This document shows positions 14,839 through 29,059 of a DNA stretch of 64,000 nt, one piece after another. The notes beneath the pieces were generated by a model, which saw only the letters and a list, made by a program, of their open reading frames with translations, was not told the DNA's origin and did not search any database. Position 1 is the first letter of the stretch; each line of letters opens with the position of its first letter. This DNA comes from the human T2T-CHM13v2.0 reference genome, Homo sapiens, in NCBI RefSeq assembly GCF_009914755.1, contig NC_060948.1. One strand, written 5' to 3'. The position numbers and the translations under genes were made by a program.

Positions 14839-17800
14839 GGCCTGGAATAAAGTGGAATGCTACGGTCTCGAATGGAATAAAAATGTATGGAATGGAATGC
14901 AATGAAACGGAATCGAATGTCATAGAATGTAATGGAATGCAAAAAAATGGAATCCAAAATCATTGACTGGAAAGGCTGGGTGTCGAAAGGAATTGACTCC
15001 AATGGTATGGAATCGAATGGAATGGAAGTGAATAGAATCGAACTAAATCGAATGGAATGGAATTGATAGGAACGGAATGGAAAGGAATGCAATGAATTGG
15101 CATGGAATGGAATCGAATGGCATCGAATGGAATGGAATGGAATGCAATGGAATGGAATGTATTAGAATGTAATGAACTTTAATGGAATGTACTCGAATGG
15201 ATTCGACTGGAATGGAATGTTCTGGAAGTGAATGGACTCCAATGGAATGGATTCCAAAGGAATGGAATCGTACGGAATGGAATCTAATGGAATGGAATTA
15301 AATGGAAATGAATCAAATTGAATAGCACGGAATTGAATTGAATGGAATGGAATGCAATGGAATCTAATGAAACGGAAAGGAAAGGAATGGAATGGAATGG
15401 AATGGGCTGGAATGGAAAGGAATCGAAACGAATGGAATGGAATCGAACTGAAGAGACTGGAATGGAATGCACTGGAATGGAAGGGAGTGTAATGGAAGGT
15501 TCTCGAAAAAAATGGAATCGAATGGAATGGAATTGAATGGAACGGAATAGAGTCGAATGGAATTGAATGGAATGGAATGGACTAGAGTGAAATGGAATCG
15601 AACCACAAGGAATGGACAGGAATAGAATGGTCTCGAATTGAAAGGAATCGTATGGAATGGCATCAAACGGAATGGAATGGACAGCCACGGAATGGAATGC
15701 ACTCGAATGCAATGGAGTCGAAACTAATGGACTGGAATAGAATGGACTCGAATGGTACGGACTCCAATGGAATGGAATCGAATGGAAGGGAATCGAACGG
15801 AATGGACTCGAAGGGAAAAGACTGCAATGGAAAGGTCTCGAATGGAATGGAAATTAATGGAATGGAATGGAATCGAATGAAAAGGAGTCAAAAGGAATGG
15901 AATCGAATGGCAAGAAATCGAATGTAATGGAATCGCAAGGAATTGATGTGAACGGAACGGAATGGAATGGAATCCAAAGGAATGGAATAGAATGGAATGG
16001 AATCGAATGGAAAGGACTCGAATGGAAATCACTCGAATAGAATGCAATTTAATAAAATAGGATCAAATGTAATGGAATGGAATGGAAAGGAATCGAAACG
16101 AAAGGAATGGAGACAGATGGAATGGAATGGAACAGAGAGCAATGGTATAGAATGGAATGGAATCATCTGGAATGGAATTGAATGGAATGGAATAATATGA
16201 AATGGAATGGAATGGAATGGAATGGAATGCCCTTGAATTAAATGGACTGGAATGGAATGGACTCGAACAGAGTGGAATGGAAAGTGTTGAGATAGAATGG
16301 AATGGACTCCTTTGGAATGGTGTAGTATGCAATGCAATCGACTGGCAGGGAATCAAAAGGAATGTAATGGAATGGATTGGACTGGAATGCAATGGACTCG
16401 AATAGATTGGAAACGGAATGCAAAGGAATGGAATGGAATAGTATGGAATGGAATGGAAAGGAATGGAGTGGAATAGACTAGAGTGGAATGGAATGGACTG
16501 GAAAGCCATGGACTGGAATGGAACTTTCTTGAATGGACTGGAATCAAACGGAATGGAATGCAATGCAATCAAATGGCATGGAATAAAATAGAATGAAAGA
16601 GAATCAAATGGAATTGAATCGAATGGAATCGAATGGATTGGAAAGGAATAGAATGGAATGGAATGGAATGGACTAGAATGGAATGGATTCGAATGGAAGG
16701 CAAAGGAATGGAATCTATTGGAATGGACTGTAATGGAATGGAATGGAAGGGATTGGAATGGACTCGAATGGAATGGACTGCAATAGAAAGGATTCGAATG
16801 GAATGAAAAAGAATTGAATGGAATAGAACAGAATGGAATCAAATCGAATGAAATGGAATGGAATAGAAAGGAATGGAATGAAATGGAATGGAAAGGATTC
16901 GAATGGAATGCAATCGAATGGAATGGAATCGAACGGAATGGAATAAAATGGAAGAAAACTGGCAAGAAATGGAATCGAAATGAATGGAGTGTTATGGAAC
17001 GGACTCAAAAGGAATTGAATGTAATAGAATGGAGTGTAGTGGATTCGAATATAATGGACTGGAATGGAATGAAATCACATGGAATGGGAACGAATGGAAT
17101 GGAATGGAAAGGAATGGAATCGAATGGAAAGGAATCGAATGGAAGGGAATGAAATTGAATCAACAGGAATGGAAGGGAATAGAATAGACGGTAATGGAAT
17201 GGACTCGAATAGAATGGACACGAATGCTCAAATTGAATGGACTCGAGTGGAATGGAAACGAAAGGAATGTCATCGAATGGAATTGAATCGATTGGAATGA
17301 AATCGCATAGAATGGAGTGGAATCAAATGGAATTGAATCGAAAGGAAAGGAAGCGAATGGACTGAAATGAAATGGAATGGAATTGAATGGAAAGTAATGC
17401 AATGGAATAGAATGGAACGAAATTTCACGGAATGGAATCAAACTGAATGGAATCAAATCAATGGAATCAAATCAAATGGAATGGAAAGGAATTGAATGGA
17501 GTAGATTGGATTGGATGGGATTGGAATGAAATGTACTGGAAAGGACTCGAATTTCATGAAACGGAATGGAATGAATTGGAACGGAATGGACTCGAATGGA
17601 ATGGAATGTCATGGAATGGCATCAAATGGAATGGCATCAAATGGAATGGAATCGAATGCAATGGAATGCTATGGAATGGAATGGAATGCATTGGAATGGA
17701 ATGTCCTCTAATGGAATGGATTCGAGTGGAATGGAATCGAATATAATGGAGTCGAATGAAATGTAATTGAAAGGAATGGGATCGAATACAATGGAATATA

Positions 17801-18367
17801 CTGGAATGTAATGTAATGAACTCGAATGTAATTGACTGGAATGGAATGTACATGAATGGAATGTAATCGAATGGAAAGTAATCCAATGGAATAGAATCTA
17901 ATGCAATAAAATCGACTCAGATAGAGTAGAATGTAATGGAATGGAGTGCAGTGCAATGGAATGGAATGGAATGGAATGCAATTGAATGGAATGGAATGGA
18001 ATGGGATGGAATGGTATGGAATGGATAGTAATGGACTGGAGTGAAATGGACTGGAAAGGAATGGACTCAAATTGAAAGGGCTCGAAAGGAATGGAGTCAA
18101 ATGGAATGGTCTGGAATGGAATGAACACGAATGTAATGCAATCCAATAGAATGGAATCGAATGGCATGGAATATAAAGAAATGGAATCGAAGAGAATGGA
18201 AACAAATGGAATGGAATTGAATGGAATGGAATTGAATGGAATGCGAACGAATGGAGTGAAATTGTATGCAGTAGAAGGGAATAGAATGGAATGCAAGCGA
18301 AAGGAAAGGAATGGATTGGAATGGAATGGAATTCATTGGAATGGAAGGGAATGTAGTGTAATGGACA
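14839..18367 (+). repeat. DYZ1 unit 5, 3529 bp (15-bp deletion, short GGAAT tract)
   Basis: GGCC 14839 to 18368; lacks the TTGACTCAAAT segment near 16665. Confidence 0.9.
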
Positions 18368-21300
18368 GGCCTGGAATAAAGTGGAATGCTACTGTCTCGA
18401 ATGGAGTAAAAATGTATGGAATGGAATGCAATGAAACGGAATCGAATGTCATAGAATGTAATGGAATGCAAAAAAATGGAATCCAAAATCATTGACTGGA
18501 AAGGCTGGGTGTCGAAAGGAATTGACTCCAATGGAATGGAATCGAATGGAATGGAAGTGAATAGAATCGAACTAAATCGAATGGAATGGAATTCATAGGA
18601 ACGGAATGGAAAGGAATGCAATGATTTGGCATGGAATGGAATCGAATGGCATCGAATGGAATGGAATGGAATGCAATGGAATGGAATGTATTAGAATGTA
18701 ATGAACTTTAATGGAATGTACTCGAATGGATTCGACTGGAATGGAATGTTCTGGAAGTGAATGGACTCCAATGGAATGGATTCAAAAGGAATGGAATCGT
18801 ACGGAATGGAATCTAATGGAATGGAATTAAATGGAAATGAATCAAATTGAATAGCACGGAATTGAATTGAATGGAATGGAATGCAATGGAATCTAATGAA
18901 ACGGAAAGGAAAGGAATGGAATGGAATGGAATGGGCTGGAATGGAAAGGAATCGAAACGAATGGAATGGAATCGAACTGAAGAGACTGGAATGGAATGCA
19001 CTGGAATGGAAGGGAGTGTAATGGAAGGTTCTCGAAAAAAATGGAATGGAATGGAATGGAATTGAATGGAACGGAATAGAGTCGAATGGAATTGAATGGA
19101 ATGGAATGGACTAGAGTGAAATGGAATCGAACCGCAAGGAATGGACAGGAATAGAATGGTCTCGAATTGAATGGAATCGTATGGAATGGCATCAAACGGA
19201 ATGGAATGGACAGCCACGGAATGGAATGCACTCGAATGCAATGGAGTCGAAACTAATGGACTGGAATAGAATGGACTCGACTGGTACGGACTCCAATGGA
19301 ATGGAATCGAATGGAAGGGAATCGAACGGAATGGACTCGAAGGGAAAAGACTGCAATGGAAAGGTCTCGAATGGAATGGAAATTAATGGAATGGAATGGA
19401 ATCGAATGAAATGGAGTCAAAAGGAATGGAATCGAATGGCAAGAAATCGAATGTAATGGAATCGCAAGGAATTGATGTGAACGGAACGGAATGGAATGGA
19501 ATCCAAAGGAATGGAATAGAATGGAATGGAATCGAATGGAAAGGACTCGAATGGAAATCACTCGAATAGAATGCAATTTAATAAAATAGGATCAAATGTA
19601 ATGGAATGGAATGGAAAGGAATCGAAACGAAAGGAATGGAGACAGATGGAATGGAATGGAACAGAGAGCAATGGTATAGAATGGAATGGAATCATCTGGA
19701 ATGGAATTGAATGGAATGGAATAATATGAAATGGAATGGAATGGAATGGAATGGAATGTCCTTGAATTAAATGGACTGGAATGGAATGGACTCGAACAGA
19801 GTGGAATGGAAAGTGTTGAGATAGAATGCAATGGACTCCTTTGGAATGGTGTAGTATGCAATGCAATCGACTGGCAGGGAATCAAAAGGAATGTAATGGA
19901 ATGGATTGGACTGGAATGCAATGGACTCGAATAGATTGGAAACGGAATGCAAAGGAATGGAATGGAATAGTATGGAATGGAATGGAAAGGAATGGAGTGG
20001 AATAGACTAGAGTGGAATGGAATGGACTGGAAAGCAATGGACTGGAATGGAACTTTCTTGAATGGACTGGAATCAAACGGAATGGAATGCAATGCAATCA
20101 AATGGCATGGAATAAAATAGAATGAAAGAGAATCAAATGGAATTGAATCGAATGGAATCGAATGGATTGGAAAGGAATAGAATGGAATGGAATGGAATTG
20201 ACTCAAATGGAATGGACTAGAATGGAATGGATTCGAATGGAAGGCAAAGGAATGGAATCTATTGGAATGGACTGTAATGGAATGGAATGGAAGGGATTGG
20301 AATGGACTCGAATGGAATGGACTGCAATAGAAAGGATTCGAATGGAATGAAAAAGAATTGAATGGAATAGAACAGAATGGAATCAAATCGAATGAAATGG
20401 AATGGAATAGAAAGGAATGGAATGAAATGGAATGGAAAGGATTCGAATGGAATGCAATCGAATGGAATGGAATCGAACGGAATGGAATAAAATGGAAGAA
20501 AACTGGCAAGAAATGGAATCGAAATGAATGGAGTGTTATGGAACGGACTCAAAAGGAATTGAATGTAATAGAATGGAGTGGAGTGGACTCGAATATAATG
20601 GACTGGAATGGAATGAAATCACATGGAATGGGAACGAATGGAATGGAATGGAAAGGAATGGAATCGAATGGAAAGGAATCGAATGGAAGGGAATGAAATT
20701 GAATCAACAGGAATGGAAGGGAATAGAATAGACGGTAATGGAATGGACTCGAATAGAATGGACACGAATGCTGAAATTGAATGGACTCGAATGGAATGGA
20801 AACGAAAGGAATGTCATCGAATGGAATTGAATCGATTGGAATGAAATCGCATAGAATGGAGTGGAATCAAATGGAATTGAATCGAAAGGAAAGGAAGCGA
20901 ATGGACTGAAATGAAATGGAATGGAATTGAATGGAAAGTAATGCAATGGAATAGAATGGAACGAAATTTCACGGAATGGAATCAAACTGAATGGAATCAA
21001 ATCAATGGAATCAAATCAAATGGAATGGAAAGGAATTGAATGGAGTAGATTGGATTGGATGGGATTGGAATGAAATGTACTGGAAAGGACTCGAATTTCA
21101 TGAAACGGAATGGAATGAATTGGAACGGAATGGACTCGAATGGAATGGAATGTCATGGAATGGCATCAAATGGAATGGCATCAAATGGAATGGAATCGAA
21201 TGCAATGGAATGCTATGGAATGGAATGGAATGCATTGGAATGGAATGTCCTCTAATGGAATGGATTCGAGTGGAATGGAATCGAATATAATGGAGTCGAA

Positions 21301-21931
21301 TGAAATGGAATTGAAAGGAGTGGGATCGAATACAATGGAATATACTGGAATGTAATGTAATGAACTCGAATGTAATTGACTGGAATGGAATGTACATGAA
21401 TGGAATGTAATCGAATGGAAAGTAATCCAATGGAATAGAATCTAATGCAATAAAACCGACTCAGATAGAGTAGAATGTAATGGAATGGAGTGCAGTGCAA
21501 TGGAATGGAATGGAATGGAATGCAATGGAATGGAATGGAATGGAATGGAATGGAATGGAATGGAATGGGATGGAATGGGATGGAATGGATAGTAATGGAC
21601 TGGAGTGAAATGGACTGGAAAGGAATGGACTCAAATTGAAAGGGCTCGAAAGGAATGGAGTCAAATGGAATGGTCTGGAATGGAATGAACACGAATGTAA
21701 TGCAATCCAATAGAATGGAATCGAATGGCATGGAATATAAAGAAATGGAATCGAAGAGAATGGAAACAAATGGAATGGAATTGAATGGAATGGAATTGAA
21801 TGGAATGGGAACGAATGGAGTGAAATTGTATGCAGTAGAAGGGAATAGAATGGAATGCAAGCGAAAGGAAAGGAATGGATTGGAATGGAATGGAATTCAT
21901 TGGAATGGAAGGGAATGTAGTGTAATGGACA
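18368..21931 (+). repeat. DYZ1 unit 6, 3564 bp
   Basis: GGCC 18368 to 21932; matches the commonly quoted DYZ1 unit length. Confidence 0.9.
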
Positions 21932-24900
21932 GGCCTGGAATAAAGTGGAATGCTACGGTCTCGAATGGAATAAAAATGTATGGAATGGAATGCAAAGAAA
22001 CGGAATCGAATGTCATAGAATGTAATGGAATGCAAAAAAATGGAATCCAAAATCATTGACTGGAAAGGCTGGGTGTCGAAAGGAATTGACTCCAATGGAA
22101 TGGAATCGAATGGAATGGAAGTGAATAGAATCGAACTAAATCGAATGGAATGGAATTGATAGGAACGGAATGGAAAGGAATGCAATGATTTGGCATGGAA
22201 TGGAATCGAATGGCATCGAATGGAATGGAATGGAATGCAATGGAATGGAATGTATTAGAATGTAATGAACTTTAATGGAATGTACTCGAATGGATTCGAC
22301 TGGAATGGAATGTTCTGGAAGTGAATGGACTCCAATGGAATGGATTCCAAAGGAATGGAATCGTACGGAATGGAATCTAATGGAATGGAATTAAATGGAA
22401 ATGAATCAAATTGAATAGCACGGAATTGAATTGAATGGAATGGAATGCAATGGAATCTAATGAAACGGAAAGGAAAGGAATGGAATGGAATGGAATGGGC
22501 TGGAATGGAAAGGAATCGAAACGAATGGAATGGAATCGAACTGAAGAGACTGGAATGGAATGCACTGGAATGGAAGGGAGTGTAATGGAAGGTTCTCGAA
22601 AAAAATGGAATCGAATGGAATGGAATTGAATGGAACGGAATAGAGTCGAATGGAATTGAATGGAATGGAATGGACTAGAGTGAAATGGAATCGAACCACA
22701 AGGAATGGACAGGAATAGAATGGTCTCGAATTGAATGGAATCGTATGGAATGGCATCAAACGGAATGGAATGGACAGCCACGGAATGGAATGCACTCGAA
22801 TGCAATGGAGTCGAAACTAATGGACTGGAATAGAATGGACTCGACTGGTACGGACTCCAATGGAATGGAATCGAATGGAAGGGAATCGAACGGAATGGAC
22901 TCGAAGGGAAAAGACTGCAATGGAAAGGTCTCGAATGGAATGGAAATTAATGGAATGGAATGGAATCGAATGAAATGGAGTCAAAAGGAATGGAATCGAA
23001 TGGCAAGAAATCGAATGTAATGGAATCGCAAGGAATTGATGTGAACGGAACGGAATGGAATGGAATCCAAAGGAATGGAATAGAATGGAATGGAATCGAA
23101 TGGAAAGGACTCGAATGGAAATCACTCGAATAGAATGCAATTTAATAAAATAGGATCAAATGTAATGGAATGGAATGGAAAGGAATCGAAACGAAAGGAA
23201 TGGAGACAGATGGAATGGAATGGAACAGAGAGCAATGGTATAGAATGGAATGGAATCATCTGGAATGGAATTGAATGGAATGGAATAATATGAAATGGAA
23301 TGGAATGGAATGGAATGGAATGCCCTTGAATTAAATGGACTGGAATGGAATGGACTCGAACAGAGTGGAATGGAAAGTGTTGAGATAGAATGGAATGGAC
23401 TCCTTTGGAATGGACTCCTTTGGAATGGTGTAGTATGCAATGCAATCGACTGGCAGGGAATCAAAAGGAATGTAATGGAATGGATTGGACTGGAATGCAA
23501 TGGACTCGAATAGATTGGAAACGGAATGCAAAGGAATGGAATGGAATAGTATGGAATGGAATGGAAAGGAATGGAGTGGAATAGACTAGAGTGGAATGGA
23601 ATGGACTGGAAAGCAATGGACTGGAATGGAACTTTCTTGAATGGACTGGAATCAAACGGAATGGAATGCAATGCAATCAAATGGCATGGAATAAAATAGA
23701 ATGAAAGAGAATCAAATGGAATTGAATCGAATGGAATCGAATGGATTGGAAAGGAATAGAATGGAATGGAATGGAATTGACTCAAATGGAATGGACTAGA
23801 ATGGAATGGATTCGAATGGAAGGCAAAGGAATGGAATCTATTGGAATGGACTGTAATGGAATGGAATGGAAGGGATTGGAATGGACTCGAATGGAATGGA
23901 CTGCAATAGAAAGGATTCGAATGGAATGAAAAAGAATTGAATGGAATAGAACAGAATGGAATCAAATCGAATGAAATGGAATGGAATAGAAAGGAATGGA
24001 ATGAAATGGAATGGAAAGGATTCGAATGGAATGCAATCGAATGGAATGGAATCGAACGGAATGGAATAAAATGGAAGAAAACTGGCAAGAAATGGAATCG
24101 AAATGAATGGAGTGTTATGGAACGGACTCAAAAGGAATTGAATGTAATAGAATGGAGTGGAGTGGACTCGAATATAATGGACTGGAATGGAATGAAATCA
24201 CATGGAATGGGAACGAATGGAATGGAATGGAAAGGAATGGAATCGAATGGAAAGGAATCGAATGGAAGGGAATGAAATTGAATCAACAGGAATGGAAGGG
24301 AATAGAATAGACGGTAATGGAATGGACTCGAATAGAATGGACACGAATGCTCAAATTGAATGGACTCGAATGGAATGGAAACGAAAGGAATGTCATCGAA
24401 TGGAATTGAATCGATTGGAATGAAATCGCATAGAATGGAGTGGAATCAAATGGAATTGAATCGAAAGGAAAGGAAGCGAATGGACTGAAATGAAATGGAA
24501 TGGAATTGAATGGAAAGTAATGTAATGGAATAGAATGGAATGAAATTTCACGGAATGGAATCAAACTGAATGGAATCAAATCAATGGAATCAAATCAAAT
24601 GGAATGGAAAGGAATTGAATGGAGTAGATTGGATTCGATGGGATTGGAATGAAATGTACTGGAAAGGACTCGAATTTCATGAAACGGAATGGAATGAATT
24701 GGAACGGAATGGACTCGAATGGAATGGAATGTCATGGAATGGCATCAAATGGAATGGCATCAAATGGAATGGAATCGAATGCAATGGAATGCTATGGAAT
24801 GGAATGGAATGCATTGGAATGGAATGTCCTCTAATGGAATGGATTCGAGTGGAATGGAATCGAATATAATGGAGTCGAATGAAATGGAATTGAAAGGAGT

Positions 24901-25520
24901 GGGATCGAATACAATGGAATATACTGGAATGTAATGTAATGAACTCGAATATAATTGACTGGAATGGAATGTACATGAATGGAATGTAATCGAATGGAAA
25001 GTAATCCAATGGAATAGAATCTAATGCAATAAAACCGACTCAGATAGAGTAGAATGTAATGGAATGGAGTGCAGTGCAATGGAATGGAATGGAATGGAAT
25101 GCAATGGAATGGAATGGAATGGAATGGAATGGAATGGAATGGAATGGAATGGAATGGGATGGAATGGGATGGAATGGATAGTAATGGACTGGAGTGAAAT
25201 GGACTGGAAAGGAATGGACTCAAATTGAAAGGGCTCGAAAGGAATGGAGTCAAATGGAATGGTCTGGAATGGAATGAACACGAATGTAATGCAATCCAAT
25301 AGAATGGAATCGAATGGCATGGAATATAAAGAAATGGAATCGAAGAGAATGGAAACAAATGGAATGGAATTGAATGGAATGGAATTGAATGGAATGGGAA
25401 CGAATGGAGTGAAATTGTATGCAGTAGAAGGGAATAGAATGGAATGCAAGCGAAAGGAAAGGAATGGATTGGAATGGAATGGAATTCATTGGAATGGAAG
25501 GGAATGTAGTGTAATGGACA
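21932..25520 (+). repeat. DYZ1 unit 7, 3589 bp (15-bp duplication)
   Basis: GGCC 21932 to 25521; TGGAATGGACTCCTT x2 at 23391-23420. Confidence 0.9.
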
Positions 25521-28500
25521 GGCCTGGAATAAAGTGGAATGCTACGGTCTCGAATGGAATAAAAATGTATGGAATGGAATGCAATGAAACGGAATCGAAT
25601 GTCATAGAATGTAATGGAATGCAACAAAATGGAATCCAAAATCATTGACTGGAAAGGCTGGGTGTCGAAAGGAATTGACTCCAATGGAATGGAATCGAAT
25701 GGAATGGAAGTGAATAGAATCGAACTAAATCGAATGGAATGGAATTGATAGGAACGGAATGGAAAGGAATGCAATGATTTGGCATGGAATGGAATCGAAT
25801 GGCATCGAATGGAATGGAATGGAATGCAATGGAATGGAATGTATTAGAATGTAATGAACTTTAATGGAATGTACTCGAATGGATTCGACTGGAATGGAAT
25901 GTTCTGGAAGTGAATGGACTCCAATGGAATGGATTCAAAAGGAATGGAATCGTACGGAATGGAATCTAATGGAATGGAATTAAATGGAAATGAATCAAAT
26001 TGAATAGCACGGAATTGAATTGAATGGAATGGAATGCAATGGAATCTAATGAAACGGAAAGGAAAGGAATGGAATGGAATGGAATGGGCTGGAATGGAAA
26101 GGAATCGAAACGAATGGAATGGAATCGAACTGAAGAGACTGGAATGGAATGCACTGGAATGGAAGGGAGTGTAATGGAAGGTTCTCGAAAAAAATGGAAT
26201 CGAATGGAATGGAATTGAATGGAACGGAATAGAGTCGAATGGAATTGAATGGAATGGAATGGACTAGAGTGAAATGGAATCGAACCACAAGGAATGGACA
26301 GGAATAGAATGGTCTCGAATTGAATGGAATCGTATGGAATGGCATCAAACGGAATGGAATGGACAGCCACGGAATGGAATGCACTCGAATGCAATGGAGT
26401 CGAAACTAATGGACTGGAATAGAATGGACTCGACTGGTACGGATTCCAATGGAATGGAATCGAATGGAAGGGAATCGAACGGAATGGACTCGAAGGGAAA
26501 AGACTGCAATGGAAAGGTCTCGAATGGAATGGAAATTAATGGAATGGAATGGAATCGAATGAAATGGAGTCAAAAGGAATGGAATCGAATGGCAAGAAAT
26601 CGAATGTAATGGAATCGCAAGGAATTGATGTGAACGGAACGGAATGGAATGGAATCCAAAGGAATGGAATAGAATGGAATGGAATCGAATGGAAAGGACT
26701 CGAATGGAAATCACTCGAATAGAATGCAATTTAATAAAATAGGATCAAATGTAATGGAATGGAATGGAAAGGAATCGAAACGAAAGGAATGGAGACAGAT
26801 GGAATGGAATGGAACAGAGAGCAATGGTATAGAATGGAATGGAATCATCTGGAATGGAATTGAATGGAATGGAATAATATGAAATGGAATGGAATGGAAT
26901 GGAATGGAATGCCCTTGAATTAAATGGACTGGAATGGAATGGACTCGAACAGAGTGGAATGGAAAGTGTTGAGATAGAATGGAATGGACTCCTTTGGAAT
27001 GGTGTAGTATGCAATGCAATCGACTGGCAGGGAATCAAAAGGAATGTAATGGAATGGATTGGACTGGAATGCAATGGACTCGAATAGATTGGAAACGGAA
27101 TGCAAAGGAATGGAATGGAATAGTATGGAATGGAATGGAAAGGAATGGAGTGGAATAGACTAGAGTGGAATGGAATGGACTGGAAAGCAATGGACTGGAA
27201 TGGAACTTTCTTGAATGGACTGGAATCAAACGGAATGGAATGCAATGCAATCAAATGGCATGGAATAAAATAGAATGAAAGAGAATCAAATGGAATTGAA
27301 TCGAATGGAATCGAATGGATTGGAAAGGAATAGAATGGAATGGAATGGAATGGACTAGAATGGAATGGATTCGAATGGAAGGCAAAGGAATGGAATCTAT
27401 TGGAATGGACTGTAATGGAATGGAATGGAAGGGATTGGAATGGATTCGAATGGAATGGACTGCAATAGAAAGGATTCGAATGGAATGAAAAAGAATTGAA
27501 TGGAATAGAACAGAATGGAATCAAATCGAATGAAATGGAATGGAATAGAAAGGAATGGAATGAAATGGAATGGAAAGGATTCGAATGGAATGCAATCGAA
27601 TGGAATGGAATCGAACGGAATGGAATAAAATGGAAGAAAACTGGCAAGAAATGGAATCGAAATGAATGGAGTGTTATGGAACGGACTCAAAAGGAATTGA
27701 ATGTAATAGAATGGAGTGGAGTGGACTCGAATATAATGGACTGGAATGGAATGAAATCACATGGAATGGGAACGAATGGAATGGAATGGAAAGGAATGGA
27801 ATCGAATGGAAAGGAAACGAACGGAAGGGAATGAAATTGAATCAACAGGAATGGAAGGGAATAGAATAGACGGTAATGGAATGGACTCGAATAGAATGGA
27901 CACGAATGCTGAAATCGAATGGACTCGAATGGAATGGAAACGAAAGGAATGTCATCGAATGGAATTGAATCGATTGGAATGAAATCGCATAGAATGGAGT
28001 GGAATCAAATGGAATTGAATCGAAAGGAAAGGAAGCGAATGGACTGAAATGAAATGGAATGGAATTGAATGGAAAGTAATGCAATGGAATAGAATGGAAC
28101 AAAATTTCACGGAATGGAATCAAACTGAATGGAATCAAATCAATGGAATCAAATCAAATGGAATGGAAAGGAATTGAATGGAGTAGATTGGATTGGATGG
28201 GATTGGAATGAAATGTACTGGAAAGGACTCGAATTTCATGAAACGGAATGGAATGAATTGGAACGGAATGGACTCGAATGGAATGGAATGTCATGGAATG
28301 GCATCAAATGGAATGGTATCAAATGGAATGGAATCGAATGCAATGGAATGCTATGGAATGGAATGGAATGCATTGGAATGGAATGTCCTCTAATGGAATG
28401 GATTCGAGTGGAATGGAATCGAATATAATGGAGTCGAATGAAATGGAATTGAAAGGAATGGGATCGAATACAATGGAATATACTGGAATGTAATGTAATG

Positions 28501-29059
28501 AACTCGAATGTAATTGACTGGAATGGAATGTACATGAATGGAATGTAATCGAATGGAAAGTAATCCAATGGAATAGAATCTAATGCAATAAAATCGACTC
28601 AGATAGAGTAGAATGTAATGGAATGGAGTGTAGTGCAATGGAATGGAATGGAATGGAATGCAATTGAATGGAATGGAATGGAATGGAATGGAATGGGATG
28701 GAATGGTATGGAATGGATAGTAATGGACTGGAGTGAAATGGACTGGAAAGGAATGGACTCAAATTGAAAGGGCTCGAAAGGAATGGAGTCAAATGGAATG
28801 GTCTGGAATGGAATGAACACGAATGTAATGCAATCCGATAGAATGGAATCGAATGGCATGGAATATAAAGAAATGGAATCGAAGAGAATGGAAACAAATG
28901 GAATGGAATTGAATGGAATGGAATTGAATGGAATGCGAACGAATGGAGTGAAATTGTATGCAGTAGAAGGGAATAGAATGGAATGCAAGCGAAAGGAAAG
29001 GAATGGATTGGAATGGAATGGAATTCATTGGAATGGAAGGGAATGTAGTGTAATGGACA
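25521..29059 (+). repeat. DYZ1 unit 8, 3539 bp (same 15-bp deletion as unit 5)
   Basis: GGCC 25521 to 29060; deletion near 27347. Confidence 0.9.
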
